From an uncultured Gammaproteobacteria bacterium (GTDB lineage: Bacteria > Pseudomonadota > Gammaproteobacteria > HyVt-429): DNA of 64,000 nt. The stretch is from contig CAMYOD010000077.1 of assembly GCA_947259975.1 (NCBI GenBank), positions 8,473 to 72,472 of the forward strand, in the 5' to 3' direction. The stretch's first letter is position 1. Every line of letters starts with the position of its first letter. Shown here one piece after another: positions 40,097 to 51,467 of this stretch. The notes below the pieces were generated by a model. It saw nothing but the letters and a program-made list of their open reading frames with translations. It was not told the DNA's origin and did no database searches. The translations under genes and the position numbers were made by a program.

Positions 40097-41353
40097 TCAG
40101 TTCTCGCCCGAGCCGCTGCTCAACTCCCGTACGCCCTTTTCGATCTGATCCGGCTCCACCGGTTCCTTCTTCGCCGACAGCCCAAGTTCACTGAACTTGC
40201 GCACGCCGGGCAGTACCTTGGCATCGAATGACCCGACCGCCTTGTTGAAGTGACCGACGCTGGCATCCAGGCTCTTGCCGAGGCGCGCCAGGTGCTCGGC
40301 AAAGGTATTGAGCCGGTCGAACAGGGCCTCGCCGATTTCCTGGATTTTCTCCGCGTTCGCCGCCAGTGACTCCTGGCGCCAGCCGTAACCGATGGCGCGC
40401 AGCAGGGCGACGAAGCTGGTGGGCGTGGCGAGTATCACCTTTTGGCGCAAGGCGTCTTCCAGCAGCGTACGGTTGGTGTCCAGGGCGGCGCTTAAAAACT
40501 GATCGCCGGGGATGAACAAGACGACGAAATCCGGCGCGTGTTTGAATTGTTGCCAGTAGGCCTTGCTCGCCAGCCCGCGCACCCGCTCGGCGACGTTGCG
40601 GGCATGGCGTTGCAGGTGCTGCTCGCGGGTGGCGTCATCGGGCGCTTCCACCGCACTCAGATACGCATCCAGCGGCGTCTTCGCGTCCACCACCACTTCG
40701 CGGCTGCCGGGCATGCGCACCACCATGTCCGGGCGCAGGGCGCCGTCTTCGGTGCGTACCTGTTCCTGTTCGTAGAAATCGCAGTGCTCGACCATGCCGG
40801 CGAGTTCGGCGAGCCGCTTCAAGGTCATCTCGCCCCATTGGCCGCGTACCTCGGGGCGGCGCAGGGCCTGCACCAGGTTGCGGGTCTCGCTTTGCAAGGT
40901 CTGCTGATTCTGGGCCATGGTTTCCAGATGTTTGTGCAGCGCGCCGTAAGCGGCCTGACGTTCCTTTTCCATGTGCCGCACCTGCTGCTCGGTTTTCTCC
41001 AGCGCCTCCTTGATCGGGCGCACCAGGCCTTCCACCGCCTGTTCGCGGGCCGCCAGTTCGCCCTTGGCCTGGGTGTGGAACTGGCGCATGGATTCATGGG
41101 CCAGTTGCAGGAAGGCCTCGTTGTTCTGGCGCAGGGCATTCATGGACAGCGCGGCAAACTCGTTGTCCATGGCGGCGAGTTTCTCGGTGGTCATGCGCCG
41201 CTCGATCTCCATTTGGGTTTCCAGCGCGGTGATGCGTTTTTGTTTGATGAGGTAGGCGATCAGCCAACCGAGCAGGCCGGCCAGAAGCGCGACGACGGCG
41301 AGCAGGATCAGGTAGGGCGTATCCAGGTTGAGTGTGTAGTGCAGATCAGGCAT
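40097..41353 (-). CDS. rmuC: DNA recombination protein RmuC
   Basis: 418 aa; N-terminal TM anchor, long coiled coil, C-terminal RmuC nuclease-like domain 'VVMPGSREVVVDAKTPLDAYL'. Confidence 0.85.
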   Translation of the reverse strand: MPDLHYTLNLDTPYLILLAVVALLAGLLGWLIAYLIKQKRITALETQMEIERRMTTEKLAAMDNEFAALSMNALRQNNEAFLQLAHESMRQFHTQAKGELAAREQAVEGLVRPIKEALEKTEQQVRHMEKERQAAYGALHKHLETMAQNQQTLQSETRNLVQALRRPEVRGQWGEMTLKRLAELAGMVEHCDFYEQEQVRTEDGALRPDMVVRMPGSREVVVDAKTPLDAYLSAVEAPDDATREQHLQRHARNVAERVRGLASKAYWQQFKHAPDFVVLFIPGDQFLSAALDTNRTLLEDALRQKVILATPTSFVALLRAIGYGWRQESLAANAEKIQEIGEALFDRLNTFAEHLARLGKSLDASVGHFNKAVGSFDAKVLPGVRKFSELGLSAKKEPVEPDQIEKGVRELSSGSGEN

Positions 41354-42011
41354 GGGCCTCGATCCAGTTCATAATTTCTCCGGGTGTTTGGATCATAGCA
41401 TCCGCGCCCCAGGCGGCCGGATCTTCATCCTCCGCGATGTAGCCGAACAGGGCCACCAAAGTATGGGTGCCGGCCTGCTTGCCCGCTTCGATGTCCCGGT
41501 GCGCGTCACCCACATACACGCATTGTGCCGGCGTGCTGCCGGCAAGCTCGCAGGCGTGCAGCATGGGCTCGGGATGGGGTTTGCGATTGTTGGTGGTGTC
41601 GCCGCTGATGACACAGACCGCGTCACGATCGACGCCGAGTTGTTCGACCAGCGGATCGGTGAGATAGGCGGGCTTGTTGGTGACAATACCCCAGTTCAGG
41701 CCTTTGGCGGTGATTCGCTGCAGTAGTTCCGGCATGCCGGCGAACAGGGTGGTCTGGTCGCAGATGTTCTCGAGGTAGATTTCGAGAAAGCGTTTGCGCA
41801 ATGCGTCGAAGCCGGCATCGCCGGGGTGCGCATCGAAGCCGACGCGCAGCAGGGCGTTGGCGCCGTTGGACACATGGGGGCGAATTGCAGCGAAGGCCAG
41901 AGGGTCCATGCCCCGTTCCAGGCGCAGGCGATTGAGGCTCGCGGCCAGATCCGGTGCGGTGTCGGCGAGGGTGCCGTCCAGATCGAAGAGAATCGTGCGG
42001 ATCTCAGTCAT
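41346..42011 (-). CDS. gph: HAD-family phosphatase (phosphoglycolate phosphatase Gph / MupP-like)
   Basis: 221 aa; '[16 protein letters not shown]', '[15 protein letters not shown]', '[12 protein letters not shown]'. Confidence 0.75.
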   Translation of the reverse strand: MTEIRTILFDLDGTLADTAPDLAASLNRLRLERGMDPLAFAAIRPHVSNGANALLRVGFDAHPGDAGFDALRKRFLEIYLENICDQTTLFAGMPELLQRITAKGLNWGIVTNKPAYLTDPLVEQLGVDRDAVCVISGDTTNNRKPHPEPMLHACELAGSTPAQCVYVGDAHRDIEAGKQAGTHTLVALFGYIAEDEDPAAWGADAMIQTPGEIMNWIEAHA

Positions 42012-42717
42012 CCGCGCGTTGGGAAAACGCGATGTAATTGACGTCCAGGCCCGGCGCCAACCAGTAGTGTTTGGTTACCGGGTTGTAATGCATGCCGGTG
42101 AGATCGCGCACCTGCAAGTCCGCCGCCCGCGCCCACTGCTCCAGTTCCGAGGGGCGGATGAAGTTTTCGTATTCGTGAGTGCCTTTGGGCAAGAGATTCA
42201 ACACATACTCCGCGCCGACGATGGCGAACAGCCAGGCCTTGGGGGTGCGATTGAGGGTGGCGAAGAACACCGCGCCGCCGGGTTTTACCAGTTGCGCGCA
42301 GGCGGCCACGGTGGAGGCCGGGTCGGGCACGTGTTCGAGCATTTCCATGCAGGTGACCACATCGAAGCTGCCCGGCTGCCGCGCCGCCAGTTCCTCGGCG
42401 GTAATTTGCTCGTAATGCACACGCTCGCCGCTTTCTTTCAGGTGCAGTTCCGCCACCGCCAACGGCGCCTTGCCCATGTCGATGCCGGTGACCTGTGCGC
42501 CCTTGGCCGCCATGGCCTCGGCGAGAATGCCGCCGCCGCAGCCCACATCGAGAACGGTCTTACCGCTGAGGCCGACCCGTTCGTCGATGTAGCCCAAACG
42601 CAGGGGATTGATCTCGTGCAGGGGGCGGAACTCGCTGTGCGGATCCCACCAACGCGCGGCCAGGGCCTCGAACTTGGCGATTTCGGCCGGATCGACGTTT
42701 TGGGCGGTGGCGGACAT
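42004..42717 (-). CDS. ubiG: Ubiquinone biosynthesis O-methyltransferase
   Basis: 237 aa; '[26 protein letters not shown]' and the UbiG C-terminal block '[12 protein letters not shown]…[12 protein letters not shown]'. Confidence 0.9.
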   Translation of the reverse strand: MSATAQNVDPAEIAKFEALAARWWDPHSEFRPLHEINPLRLGYIDERVGLSGKTVLDVGCGGGILAEAMAAKGAQVTGIDMGKAPLAVAELHLKESGERVHYEQITAEELAARQPGSFDVVTCMEMLEHVPDPASTVAACAQLVKPGGAVFFATLNRTPKAWLFAIVGAEYVLNLLPKGTHEYENFIRPSELEQWARAADLQVRDLTGMHYNPVTKHYWLAPGLDVNYIAFSQRADD

Positions 42718-42786
42718 TACTATCTATATAAGATGGCGTGCAAGGTAATGGGATTTTATCAGGAAGGCGGGGACTTTTCGTGCGCC

Positions 42787-44103
42787 TCAGGCGCCGCGAA
42801 TCCGGTCGCGCCAGGTGCTGGCCTGGGCGAGGATCCCGGCCTCGTCGAGGGTAATCAGCGCGCCGTGGGCGAGGACCTGGCGGCCCGCGACCCAGACATC
42901 GGTCACCTGATCGCGCCCGGCGGTGTAGACGATCTGCGAGACCGGATCGTAGATCGGCTGACTTGGCAGGCGCGCAAGATCGATGGCGACCACATCGGCG
43001 GCCTTGCCGGGGCGCAGCGAACCGATGCGATCTTCCAGGCCGAGGGCGCGGGCGCCGTTAAGAGTCGCCATGCGCAATGCGGTGTGTGCGGGAATCGCGG
43101 TGGGGTCACCGCTGACGCTTTTTGCCAACAGGGCCGCGGTGCGCATCTCGGCAAGCATATCCAGGTCGTTGTTGCTGGCGGCGCCGTCGGTGCCCAGTGC
43201 CACATTCACGTCCTGCTGCACCAACTCCTGCACCGGACAATAACCACTCGCCAGTTTGAGGTTGGACTCCGGGCAATGCACCACATGCACGCCGCATTCC
43301 TTGAGCGCCTCGATCTCCGGTGCCAACAACTGGGTCATGTGCACGGCCAGGAGCTTGGGGTTCAGCAGGTCGAGACGGCTGAGCCGTTCCAACGGCCGCA
43401 TGTCGAAGCGCGCCATGCTCTCGTCGACTTCATGGGCGGTTTCATGCACGTGCATGTGGATGCGCAAATCCAGTTCGTCGGCGAACATGCGAATCTTGCC
43501 CAGGGACTCGTCGGACACGGTGTAAGGGGCATGGGGCGCGAAGGCGGTGCTAACCAGTTCTGAATGGCGGAACTCGTCGTGCACCGCGAGCCCCTTGTCG
43601 AGATACTCCTGCGCGTCCTGCGCCCAGGCGGTGGGGAATTCGATCATGATGAGGCCGACACAGGCGCGCATGCCGGCAGCGATGCACACCCGCGCTACTT
43701 CATCGGGAAAGAAATACATGTCGTTGAAACAGGTGGTGCCGCTTTTCAACATCTCCGCGATACACAGTTGCGTCCCGTCGTGGATGAACTGTTCGTTGAC
43801 CCATTTCGTCTCCGCGGGCCAGACATGATGATTGAGCCAGTCCATCAGCGGCAGGTCGTCGGCCAGGCCGCGAAACAGGCTCATGGCGGCGTGAGTATGG
43901 GTGTTGACGAGCCCGGGGATAAGCGCGTGGTTGGACAACTCGACCACGGTGGTCGCGTCATAGGTCGCGACGGCCTGCGCGGTGGGCAGCACCGCGACGA
44001 TGTCGCCGTGATGAATGGCGACGCTGTGATGGTCGAGGCAGGCGCCGTCCGGTTCCACCGGAATCACCCAGCGCGCCTTGAGCAGTGTATCGATGGTTTC
44101 CAT
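42787..44103 (-). CDS. mtaD: 5-methylthioadenosine/S-adenosylhomocysteine deaminase (TRZ/ATZ amidohydrolase)
   Basis: 438 aa from METIDTLLKARWVIPV; 'LIPGLVNTHTHAAMSLFRG', 'HVHETAHE', 'ALGTDGAASNNDLDM'. Confidence 0.8.
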   Translation of the reverse strand: METIDTLLKARWVIPVEPDGACLDHHSVAIHHGDIVAVLPTAQAVATYDATTVVELSNHALIPGLVNTHTHAAMSLFRGLADDLPLMDWLNHHVWPAETKWVNEQFIHDGTQLCIAEMLKSGTTCFNDMYFFPDEVARVCIAAGMRACVGLIMIEFPTAWAQDAQEYLDKGLAVHDEFRHSELVSTAFAPHAPYTVSDESLGKIRMFADELDLRIHMHVHETAHEVDESMARFDMRPLERLSRLDLLNPKLLAVHMTQLLAPEIEALKECGVHVVHCPESNLKLASGYCPVQELVQQDVNVALGTDGAASNNDLDMLAEMRTAALLAKSVSGDPTAIPAHTALRMATLNGARALGLEDRIGSLRPGKAADVVAIDLARLPSQPIYDPVSQIVYTAGRDQVTDVWVAGRQVLAHGALITLDEAGILAQASTWRDRIRGA

Positions 44104-44213
44104 GGCCGCGCACACGATAGCGGTGCGTTGCCGCCGGGGCAAGGGATTTGCGCGCACCGCGCAGCCGCTCGGCGGCGCTTGTCTTCCGCCGAAGGCGGGG
44201 CTATGTTGCCGAC

Positions 44214-45293
44214 ATGAGCGATCCCCATCACGATAGCGTGCAAGCCATAGTCTGGCGCGAGGATGCCCTGCAGCTACTCGACCAACGCCTGCTGCCACAG
44301 CAGGAGACGTATCTCACCCTAACCGAAGTTGCCGAGGTTGCGGCGGCCATTCGCGACATGGTGGTGCGCGGCGCGCCGGCGATCGGCATTACCGCCGCCT
44401 ATGGACTGGTGTTGGCGGCGCGGGAACGCTACCGCGAGAACCCGGACGACTGGACCGTCGCGCTGGGCCAGGACGCCGCCTTGTTGCTGGCGGCCCGGCC
44501 CACGGCGGTGAATCTCAAATGGGCATTGGCGCGGCTGCAGGCGCGGGTGAAGGCCGGCATCGACGGCGATCCGGAACCTGTGCTTCTAGTTGAGGCACAG
44601 GCAATTCACGCCGAGGACGTGGCGGCGAACCGGCACATGGGCGCCCTGGGCGCCGCGTTGCTATCGCCGCACAGCGGCGTGCTCACCCACTGCAACACCG
44701 GTGCGCTCGCCACCGGCGGCTACGGCACCGCGCTCGGAGTGATTCGCGCCGGCGTGGCGGTGGGAACGATCGAGCGGGTGTATGCGGACGAGACCCGGCC
44801 CTGGTTGCAGGGGGCGCGATTGACCGCGTGGGAGTTGTTGCAAGACGACATTCCGGTCACATTGATCGCGGATGGGGCCGCGGCGCTGCTCATGCAGCAG
44901 GGGCAGGTGCACTGGCTCATCGTCGGCGCGGATCGTATCGCCGCCAACGGCGACGTCGCGAACAAGATCGGCACCTATACCGCAGCGTTGGTGGCACGTC
45001 ACCATGGGGTCAAGGTTATGGTGGTGGCCCCCACCAGCACCGTGGATCTGGACACGCCGGATGGGGCCGCGATTCCCATCGAGCAGCGGGACGCAGCGGA
45101 ATTGTTGCGCATCGCCGGGGCACCCATCGCACCACCCGATGCCGACGCCTGGAACCCGGTGTTCGATATCACCCCCGCCGCATTGATCGATGCCATCGTC
45201 ACCGAAAAGGGGGTCGTGCAAGCCCCCGATACTGCCAAGCTTCGCGCCATGATGGCGAGCGATTCGCCCGCCATTGCGACCGCCAATGCCTAG
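44214..45293 (+). CDS. mtnA: Methylthioribose-1-phosphate isomerase
   Basis: 360 aa from [17 protein letters not shown]; eIF-2B-related fold '[14 protein letters not shown]…VNLKWAL', '[21 protein letters not shown]'. Confidence 0.85.
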   Translation: MSDPHHDSVQAIVWREDALQLLDQRLLPQQETYLTLTEVAEVAAAIRDMVVRGAPAIGITAAYGLVLAARERYRENPDDWTVALGQDAALLLAARPTAVNLKWALARLQARVKAGIDGDPEPVLLVEAQAIHAEDVAANRHMGALGAALLSPHSGVLTHCNTGALATGGYGTALGVIRAGVAVGTIERVYADETRPWLQGARLTAWELLQDDIPVTLIADGAAALLMQQGQVHWLIVGADRIAANGDVANKIGTYTAALVARHHGVKVMVVAPTSTVDLDTPDGAAIPIEQRDAAELLRIAGAPIAPPDADAWNPVFDITPAALIDAIVTEKGVVQAPDTAKLRAMMASDSPAIATANA

Positions 45294-45468
45294 TATTTTC
45301 CTCACCTAAAAAGAGCCTCGCCGCACGTGCGGCGGGGGTGCGGTTCGTGGTAGAATTCCGTTTTTATTTCTGCGCCCGACCAACATAATAAACTATTGTT
45401 TTTAAACATTATTTTGCTTTCCCGGAAACCCCGCCGGGAATCCATCTGCTGGTAACAAAAAACACCTC

Positions 45469-48051
45469 ATGACCGAGACCTTCGCGAAAGAAACGGTACC
45501 CGCCAATCTCGAACAGGAAATGCGGCAGTCCTACCTGGATTACGCCATGAGCGTGATCGTCGGCCGGGCCCTGCCGGACGTCCGCGACGGGCTCAAGCCG
45601 GTGCACCGCCGCGTGCTCTATGCCATGCACGAGATGGGCAACGACTGGAACAAGGCCTACAAGAAGTCCGCCCGCGTGGTCGGTAACGTCATCGGTAAAT
45701 ATCACCCGCACGGCGACACCGCGGTTTACGACACCATCGTGCGCATGGCGCAGAGTTTCTCTCTGCGCTATCCGCTGGTGGATGGTCAGGGCAACTTCGG
45801 CTCGGTGGACGGGGACTCACCGGCGGCCATGCGTTACACCGAAATCCGCCTGGCGCGTATCGCCCACGAACTGCTCGCGGACATCGATCGCGATACCGTG
45901 GATTTCGGGCCCAACTACGACGAAACCGAAACCCAGCCCCTGGTGCTGCCGACGCGCACACCCAATCTGCTGGTCAACGGATCCTCGGGGATCGCGGTGG
46001 GCATGGCGACCAATGTGCCGCCGCATAACCTCAACGAGGTGATCGATGCCTGTCTCGCGCTGATCGACAATGCAGAAATCAGCATCGACGAACTCATGGA
46101 GCGGGTGCCGGGACCGGATTTTCCCACCGCCGGCATCATCAACGGCAGCCGTGGCATCCGCGAGGCCTATCGCACCGGGCGCGGCAAGATCTATGTGCGC
46201 GCGCGGGCGGAAATCGAAGTCGATGAAAAACGCAATCGCGAGACCATCATCGTCCACGAGCTGCCCTACCAGGTGAACAAGGCCCGGTTATTGGAGAAGA
46301 TCGCCGAACTGGTCAAGCTCAAGCGCGTCGAAGGTATCTCCGAACTGCGCGACGAGTCGGACAAGAACGGCATGCGTATGGTGATCGAACTGCGCCGCGG
46401 CGAAGTCGGCGAGGTGGTGCTGAACAATCTCTATCGTCACACGCAGATGCAGACCGTGTTCGGTATTAACATGGTCGCCCTGGCGAACAATCAGCCGCGT
46501 CTGTTCAATCTCAAGGAACTGCTGGAAGAGTTCGTACGTCACCGCCGTGAGGTGGTTACCCGGCGCACCATTTACGATCTGGGTAAGGCGCGGGATCGGG
46601 CGCATCTGCTGGAAGGCCTCGCGGTGGCGATCGCCAACATCGATCCGGTGATCGCGCTGATCAAGGCGGCCGCCAATCCGGCGGAGGCGAAACAGAAACT
46701 GATGGCGCAGGTCTGGAAGTCGGGCGTCGTCGCCGAGATGTTGCAACGCGCGGGGGCGGAGATGTCACGCCCGGAGGGCCTGGCGGATAACTACGGTTTG
46801 CACGAAGACGGCTACCGGCTCTCGCCGGAGCAGGCTCAGGCGATTCTGGATTTGCGCCTGCATCGTCTTACCGCCCTGGAGCAGGACAAGATTCGCGACG
46901 AGTACGGCGAGATCCTCGACCGCATCAAGGACCTGCTGGAGATTCTCGAGAGCCCGGATCGGCTCATGCAGGTGATCCGCGAGGAATTGAACGAGGTGCG
47001 GGAGCGCTATGGTGATGTGCGGCGCACCGAGATTGTCACCACTGCGATCGATCTCACCACCGAGGACCTGATCGCCGAAGAGGACGTGGTCGTGACCCTG
47101 TCCCACGCCGGTTACGTGAAGGCGCAGCCGGTGGCGGAATATCGCGCACAGCGTCGCGGCGGCAAGGGCAAGACCGCGACACGCATGAAGGAAGCGGATT
47201 TCGTCGACCATCTGTTTGTCGCCAACACCCACGACACAGTGCTGTGCTTCTCCGATCTCGGCAAGGTGTACTGGTCCAAGGTCTACCAGCTGCCGATTGC
47301 GGGCCGCACTGCGCGCGGCCGCCCGATTGTCAACTTCTTCCCCCTGCAGCCGGAAGAAAAGGTCACTGCGGTCTTGCCGATCCGGGAATTCGAGGAAGGT
47401 AAGTTCGTGTTCATGTGTACTTCCGACGGCACCGTGAAAAAGACCGCGTTGAAGGATTTCTCCCGCCCCCGCGCCAGTGGCATCATCGCCATCGATCTGC
47501 GCCCGGGCACGCAACTGGTGGGTGTCGGTCTCACGGAGGGCGTGCAGGACATCCTCTTGTTCAGCGATGCCGGCAAGGTGGTGCGTTTCGCCGAGAGTGA
47601 CGTGCGGCCCATGGGTCGCACCGCGCGCGGTGTGCGCGGCGTGGGGCTGAAACCGGGCCAGAATGTGATTTCCCAGATCATCGCCAGCACCGGCCCGGGC
47701 GAGGTCGCGACGGCGGTGCTGACCGCGACCGAGAACGGCTACGGCAAGCGTACCCGGCTGGACGAATTTCCTGTCCACAAACGCGGCGGGCAGGGCGTGA
47801 TCTCGATCCAGGTCAGCGAACGCAACGGTGACGTGGTTGCCGCGCGCCTGGTCGAGGACGAGAGCGAGGCGATGTTGATCACCACGACCGGCACCCTGAT
47901 CCGTACTCGCGTCGGCGAGATCTCGGTGCAAGGCCGTAACACGCAGGGGGTGCGCTTGATCGATCTGGATGCCGACGAGAAGCTGGCCGGTCTGGAGAAG
48001 GTCGAAGAGTCACCCCCCGAAGCGGACGAATCCGCCGAAGTGGACGATTAA
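45469..48051 (+). CDS. gyrA: DNA gyrase subunit A
   Basis: 860 aa; '[29 protein letters not shown]', active-site Tyr region 'AAMRYTE', C-terminal beta-pinwheel repeats and an acidic tail. Confidence 0.95.
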   Translation: MTETFAKETVPANLEQEMRQSYLDYAMSVIVGRALPDVRDGLKPVHRRVLYAMHEMGNDWNKAYKKSARVVGNVIGKYHPHGDTAVYDTIVRMAQSFSLRYPLVDGQGNFGSVDGDSPAAMRYTEIRLARIAHELLADIDRDTVDFGPNYDETETQPLVLPTRTPNLLVNGSSGIAVGMATNVPPHNLNEVIDACLALIDNAEISIDELMERVPGPDFPTAGIINGSRGIREAYRTGRGKIYVRARAEIEVDEKRNRETIIVHELPYQVNKARLLEKIAELVKLKRVEGISELRDESDKNGMRMVIELRRGEVGEVVLNNLYRHTQMQTVFGINMVALANNQPRLFNLKELLEEFVRHRREVVTRRTIYDLGKARDRAHLLEGLAVAIANIDPVIALIKAAANPAEAKQKLMAQVWKSGVVAEMLQRAGAEMSRPEGLADNYGLHEDGYRLSPEQAQAILDLRLHRLTALEQDKIRDEYGEILDRIKDLLEILESPDRLMQVIREELNEVRERYGDVRRTEIVTTAIDLTTEDLIAEEDVVVTLSHAGYVKAQPVAEYRAQRRGGKGKTATRMKEADFVDHLFVANTHDTVLCFSDLGKVYWSKVYQLPIAGRTARGRPIVNFFPLQPEEKVTAVLPIREFEEGKFVFMCTSDGTVKKTALKDFSRPRASGIIAIDLRPGTQLVGVGLTEGVQDILLFSDAGKVVRFAESDVRPMGRTARGVRGVGLKPGQNVISQIIASTGPGEVATAVLTATENGYGKRTRLDEFPVHKRGGQGVISIQVSERNGDVVAARLVEDESEAMLITTTGTLIRTRVGEISVQGRNTQGVRLIDLDADEKLAGLEKVEESPPEADESAEVDD

Positions 48052-48090
48052 GTCACACTTACAATTTAACCATCGCAGGATTAACAATTA

Positions 48091-49176
48091 ATGAGCCGAG
48101 TATTTAATTTCAGCGCGGGACCCGCCGTACTGCCCGAAGACGTTCTCGATACCGCACGCGGCGAGATGCTCGACTGGCGGGGCAGCGGTATGTCGGTCAT
48201 GGAGATGAGCCATCGCGGCGCCGAGTTCATGGAGATCGCGAGTCAGGCCGAGGCCGATCTGCGCGAGCTGATGAACATTCCGTCGAACTACAAGGTGTTG
48301 TTCCTGCAGGGCGGCGCCACCAGCCAGTTCGCCATGGTGCCGTTGAATCTGCTGCGCGGGAAAGGCGGCGCCGACTATCTCAATACCGGGCACTGGTCGA
48401 AGAAGGCCATCGCCGAGGCGAAGCGCTTCTGCGAGGTGAACGTGGTCGCCTCCACCGAGGAGTCCAAATTCACCACGCTGCCGTCCCAGGATGCCCTGCA
48501 GTTCGATCCGAAAGCGGCCTACGTGCATTACACGCCCAACGAAACTATCGCCGGGGTCGAATTTCACTGGGTGCCGGACACCGCTGACGTGCCCCTGGTG
48601 GCGGATATGTCCTCGACGATTTTGTCGCGGCCGCTGGATGTGTCTCGTTATGGCGTAATTTATGCCGGCGCACAGAAGAACATCGGTCCCGCCGGGGTCA
48701 CCGTGGTGATCGTGCGCGAAGATCTGATCGGGCAGGCGGCAGAGAGCACACCGTCCATGTTCAATTATCAGGTGCATGCCGAGGCCGGCTCCATGTCGAA
48801 CACTCCGCCCACCTATGCCTGGTACATGGCGGGCCTGGTGTTCGCCAAACTCAAGCGCGACGGCGGGTTGGCGGCGATGGCGGCGACCAATCAGCGCAAG
48901 GCCGGCAAGCTCTACGATTGCATCGACAATTCGGGCGGGTTCTACAAGAACCCGGTGGATCCGCATTGCCGTTCGTGGATGAATGTGCCGTTCACCCTCG
49001 TCGATGACGCGCTCGACAAGACCTTCCTGAGCGAGACCAAGGCGGCCGGCATGGTGCAGCTCAAGGGTCATCGTTCGGTGGGCGGGATGCGCGCGAGTAT
49101 TTATAACGCCATGCCGGAAGCCGGTGTGGATGCCCTGATTGATTTCATGAACGATTTCAAAAATCGCAATGGCTAA
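48091..49176 (+). CDS. serC: Phosphoserine aminotransferase
   Basis: 361 aa; 'MSRVFNFSAGPAVLPEDVL', 'YAGAQKNIGPAGVTVVIVRED'. Confidence 0.9.
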   Translation: MSRVFNFSAGPAVLPEDVLDTARGEMLDWRGSGMSVMEMSHRGAEFMEIASQAEADLRELMNIPSNYKVLFLQGGATSQFAMVPLNLLRGKGGADYLNTGHWSKKAIAEAKRFCEVNVVASTEESKFTTLPSQDALQFDPKAAYVHYTPNETIAGVEFHWVPDTADVPLVADMSSTILSRPLDVSRYGVIYAGAQKNIGPAGVTVVIVREDLIGQAAESTPSMFNYQVHAEAGSMSNTPPTYAWYMAGLVFAKLKRDGGLAAMAATNQRKAGKLYDCIDNSGGFYKNPVDPHCRSWMNVPFTLVDDALDKTFLSETKAAGMVQLKGHRSVGGMRASIYNAMPEAGVDALIDFMNDFKNRNG

Positions 49177-49181
49177 TTCTT

Positions 49182-50345
49182 ATGTATAACGTTCTCATTC
49201 TGAATAACATCGCCGATGTAGGCCTGGAGCGCCTGCCCAAAGAGAATTACAAGGTCGGTGAAGATGTGTCCGATCCGGATGCGATTCTGCTGCGCTCTTT
49301 CAAGATGCATGACATGGAGATCCCCACCTCACTCAAGGCGGTGGGTCGTGCCGGTGCCGGTGTCAACAACATCCCGGTGGATAAGCTCACCAAGCTGGGG
49401 GTGCCGGTGTTCAACGCCCCGGGCGCCAATGCCAATGCGGTGAAGGAGCTGGTGGTCGCGGGCCTGCTGCTGGCGGCGCGCAATATCTGTCCGGCCTGGG
49501 ATTACACCCGTGCCCTGGAAGGCGAAGATGCCGCCATTTCCAAACAAGTAGAGGCGGGGAAGAAAAAATTCGCCGGTATCGAACTGCCCGGGCGCACCCT
49601 CGGCGTGGTAGGGCTGGGTGCCATCGGCCGCTCGGTGGCGAATATCGCGCTTACCATGGGCATGAAAGTGGTTGGCTTCGACCCGAAATTGACCGTCGAA
49701 GGGGCGTGGCAATTGTCCGCCGACGTGGAGCGCGCGGAGAACCTCGAAGCGTTGCTAGCCAAAGTGGACTTCGTAAGCTTCCATGTGCCCTTCAGCGAAG
49801 CAACTCGTGACATGCTCAACGAGAAGACCGTCGGCGCAATGAAGGACGGCGCCACGATCCTGAATTTCGCCCGCGACGGCATCATCGATGACAAGGCCGT
49901 GGTGGCCGCGCTGGACGCGGGCAAGCTGCGAACCTATGTCACCGATTTCCCCAACGGCCTGTTGCTTGGGCATCCGCGGGTGATCGGCTTGCCCCATCTG
50001 GGTGCCTCCACCGCCGAGGCGGAGGAGAACTGCGCGGTCATGGTGGCGGAGCAGGTGCGCGACTTTCTCGAAAACGGCAACATACAGAACTCGGTGAACT
50101 TCCCGGCGGTTCGTATGCCGCGGGGATCAGAACATCGCCTGGTGGTGGCCAATGCCAACGTGCCGAACATGCTCGGTCAGATCTCCACTGCCATGGCCGA
50201 GGCCGGGCTCAATATTCACGATATGATCAATCAATCCCGTGGCGACATGGCCTACACGGTAGTGGATACCGACAGCCCGGTGCCCGCCGAGGTCTTGAAA
50301 AAGATCGCGCACATCGATGGCGTTGCGATGGCGCGCTGTCTATGA
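49182..50345 (+). CDS. serA: D-3-phosphoglycerate dehydrogenase (2-hydroxyacid dehydrogenase plus C-terminal ACT)
   Basis: 387 aa; NAD motif 'LGVVGLGAIGRSVA', catalytic 'HLGAST', C-terminal ACT; immediately downstream of serC. Confidence 0.8.
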   Translation: MYNVLILNNIADVGLERLPKENYKVGEDVSDPDAILLRSFKMHDMEIPTSLKAVGRAGAGVNNIPVDKLTKLGVPVFNAPGANANAVKELVVAGLLLAARNICPAWDYTRALEGEDAAISKQVEAGKKKFAGIELPGRTLGVVGLGAIGRSVANIALTMGMKVVGFDPKLTVEGAWQLSADVERAENLEALLAKVDFVSFHVPFSEATRDMLNEKTVGAMKDGATILNFARDGIIDDKAVVAALDAGKLRTYVTDFPNGLLLGHPRVIGLPHLGASTAEAEENCAVMVAEQVRDFLENGNIQNSVNFPAVRMPRGSEHRLVVANANVPNMLGQISTAMAEAGLNIHDMINQSRGDMAYTVVDTDSPVPAEVLKKIAHIDGVAMARCL

Positions 50346-50381
50346 TGTAGGCCGGCATAAACACGAATAACACGGCGCAGG

Positions 50382-51464
50382 ATGAGCAACGACAAATCAC
50401 TTAAGGACCTGCGGGCGCGGATCGACGAAATTGACGAACAGCTTCACGCGTTGATCAATCAGCGTGCCGAGCTGGCGCAGCAGACCGCGGCACATAAGCA
50501 GGCGACGGGCGAGACGGTGTGTTATCGCCCGGAGCGTGAGGCGGATATCCTCAGGCGCGTCATCGAACGCAATCAGGGCCCACTGCCGGACGACGATGTT
50601 GCGCGCATCTTTCGCGAGATCATGTCTGCCTGCCTGGCGGTGGAAACGCCGCTGACCATCGCGTTTCTCGGCCCGGAAGGCACCTTCACTCAGGCCGCGG
50701 CTCTCAAGCACTTCGGGCATTCCGTCAACACCGTGCCGCTCGCCGCGATCGACGAAGTGTTCCGCGAGGTCGAGGCCGGCAATGCGGATTTCGGCGTCGT
50801 GCCGGTGGAAAACTCCACCGAGGGCGTGGTCAGTCATACCCTGGATATGTTTCTCAACTCCAACCTCAAGATCTGCGGCGAGGTCGAGTTTCGTATTCAT
50901 CATCATTTGCTGTCCGCGGCGGACAGTCTGGCCGATATCAAGACCGTAATTTCGCACCGGCAGTCACTGGCCCAGTGTCGCGAGTGGCTGGCCGCCAATC
51001 TGCCGGGGGTGGAAATCATGGACGTCAGCAGCAACGCGGAGGCCGCCAAACGGGTGGCGGGGGATCCGCAGGCGGCGGCCATCGCCGGCAGCATGGCGGC
51101 GGAACTCTATGGCCTGAAGATCCTCGCCGGCAATATCGAGGACAGCCCCGAGAATACGACACGTTTTCTGATCATCGGCAGCCTCGCGGCGGGCCCCAGC
51201 GGCAATGACAAGACCAGCTTCGTGGTCTCCAGCGCCAACCGACCCGGCGCGCTGTACCGGCTGCTGCAGCCGTTGGCACGGCACGATGTGAGTATGAGTC
51301 GAATCGAATCGCGGCCGTCGCGCAAGGGCCTGTGGGAATATGTGTTCTTCGTCGACGTCGAGGGCCATATCGCGGATGCCAATGTGCAAGCGGCGGTCAG
51401 CGACCTGGAGAATGAAGCCGGCCTGCTCAAGTTGCTCGGCTCCTATCCGAAAGCGGTGCTTTGA
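50382..51464 (+). CDS. pheA: Bifunctional chorismate mutase / prephenate dehydratase
   Basis: 360 aa; N-terminal CM 'LRARIDEIDEQLHALINQRAELA', PDT 'IAFLGPEGTFT…ESRP', C-terminal ACT. Confidence 0.9.
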   Translation: MSNDKSLKDLRARIDEIDEQLHALINQRAELAQQTAAHKQATGETVCYRPEREADILRRVIERNQGPLPDDDVARIFREIMSACLAVETPLTIAFLGPEGTFTQAAALKHFGHSVNTVPLAAIDEVFREVEAGNADFGVVPVENSTEGVVSHTLDMFLNSNLKICGEVEFRIHHHLLSAADSLADIKTVISHRQSLAQCREWLAANLPGVEIMDVSSNAEAAKRVAGDPQAAAIAGSMAAELYGLKILAGNIEDSPENTTRFLIIGSLAAGPSGNDKTSFVVSSANRPGALYRLLQPLARHDVSMSRIESRPSRKGLWEYVFFVDVEGHIADANVQAAVSDLENEAGLLKLLGSYPKAVL

Positions 51465-51467
51465 GTC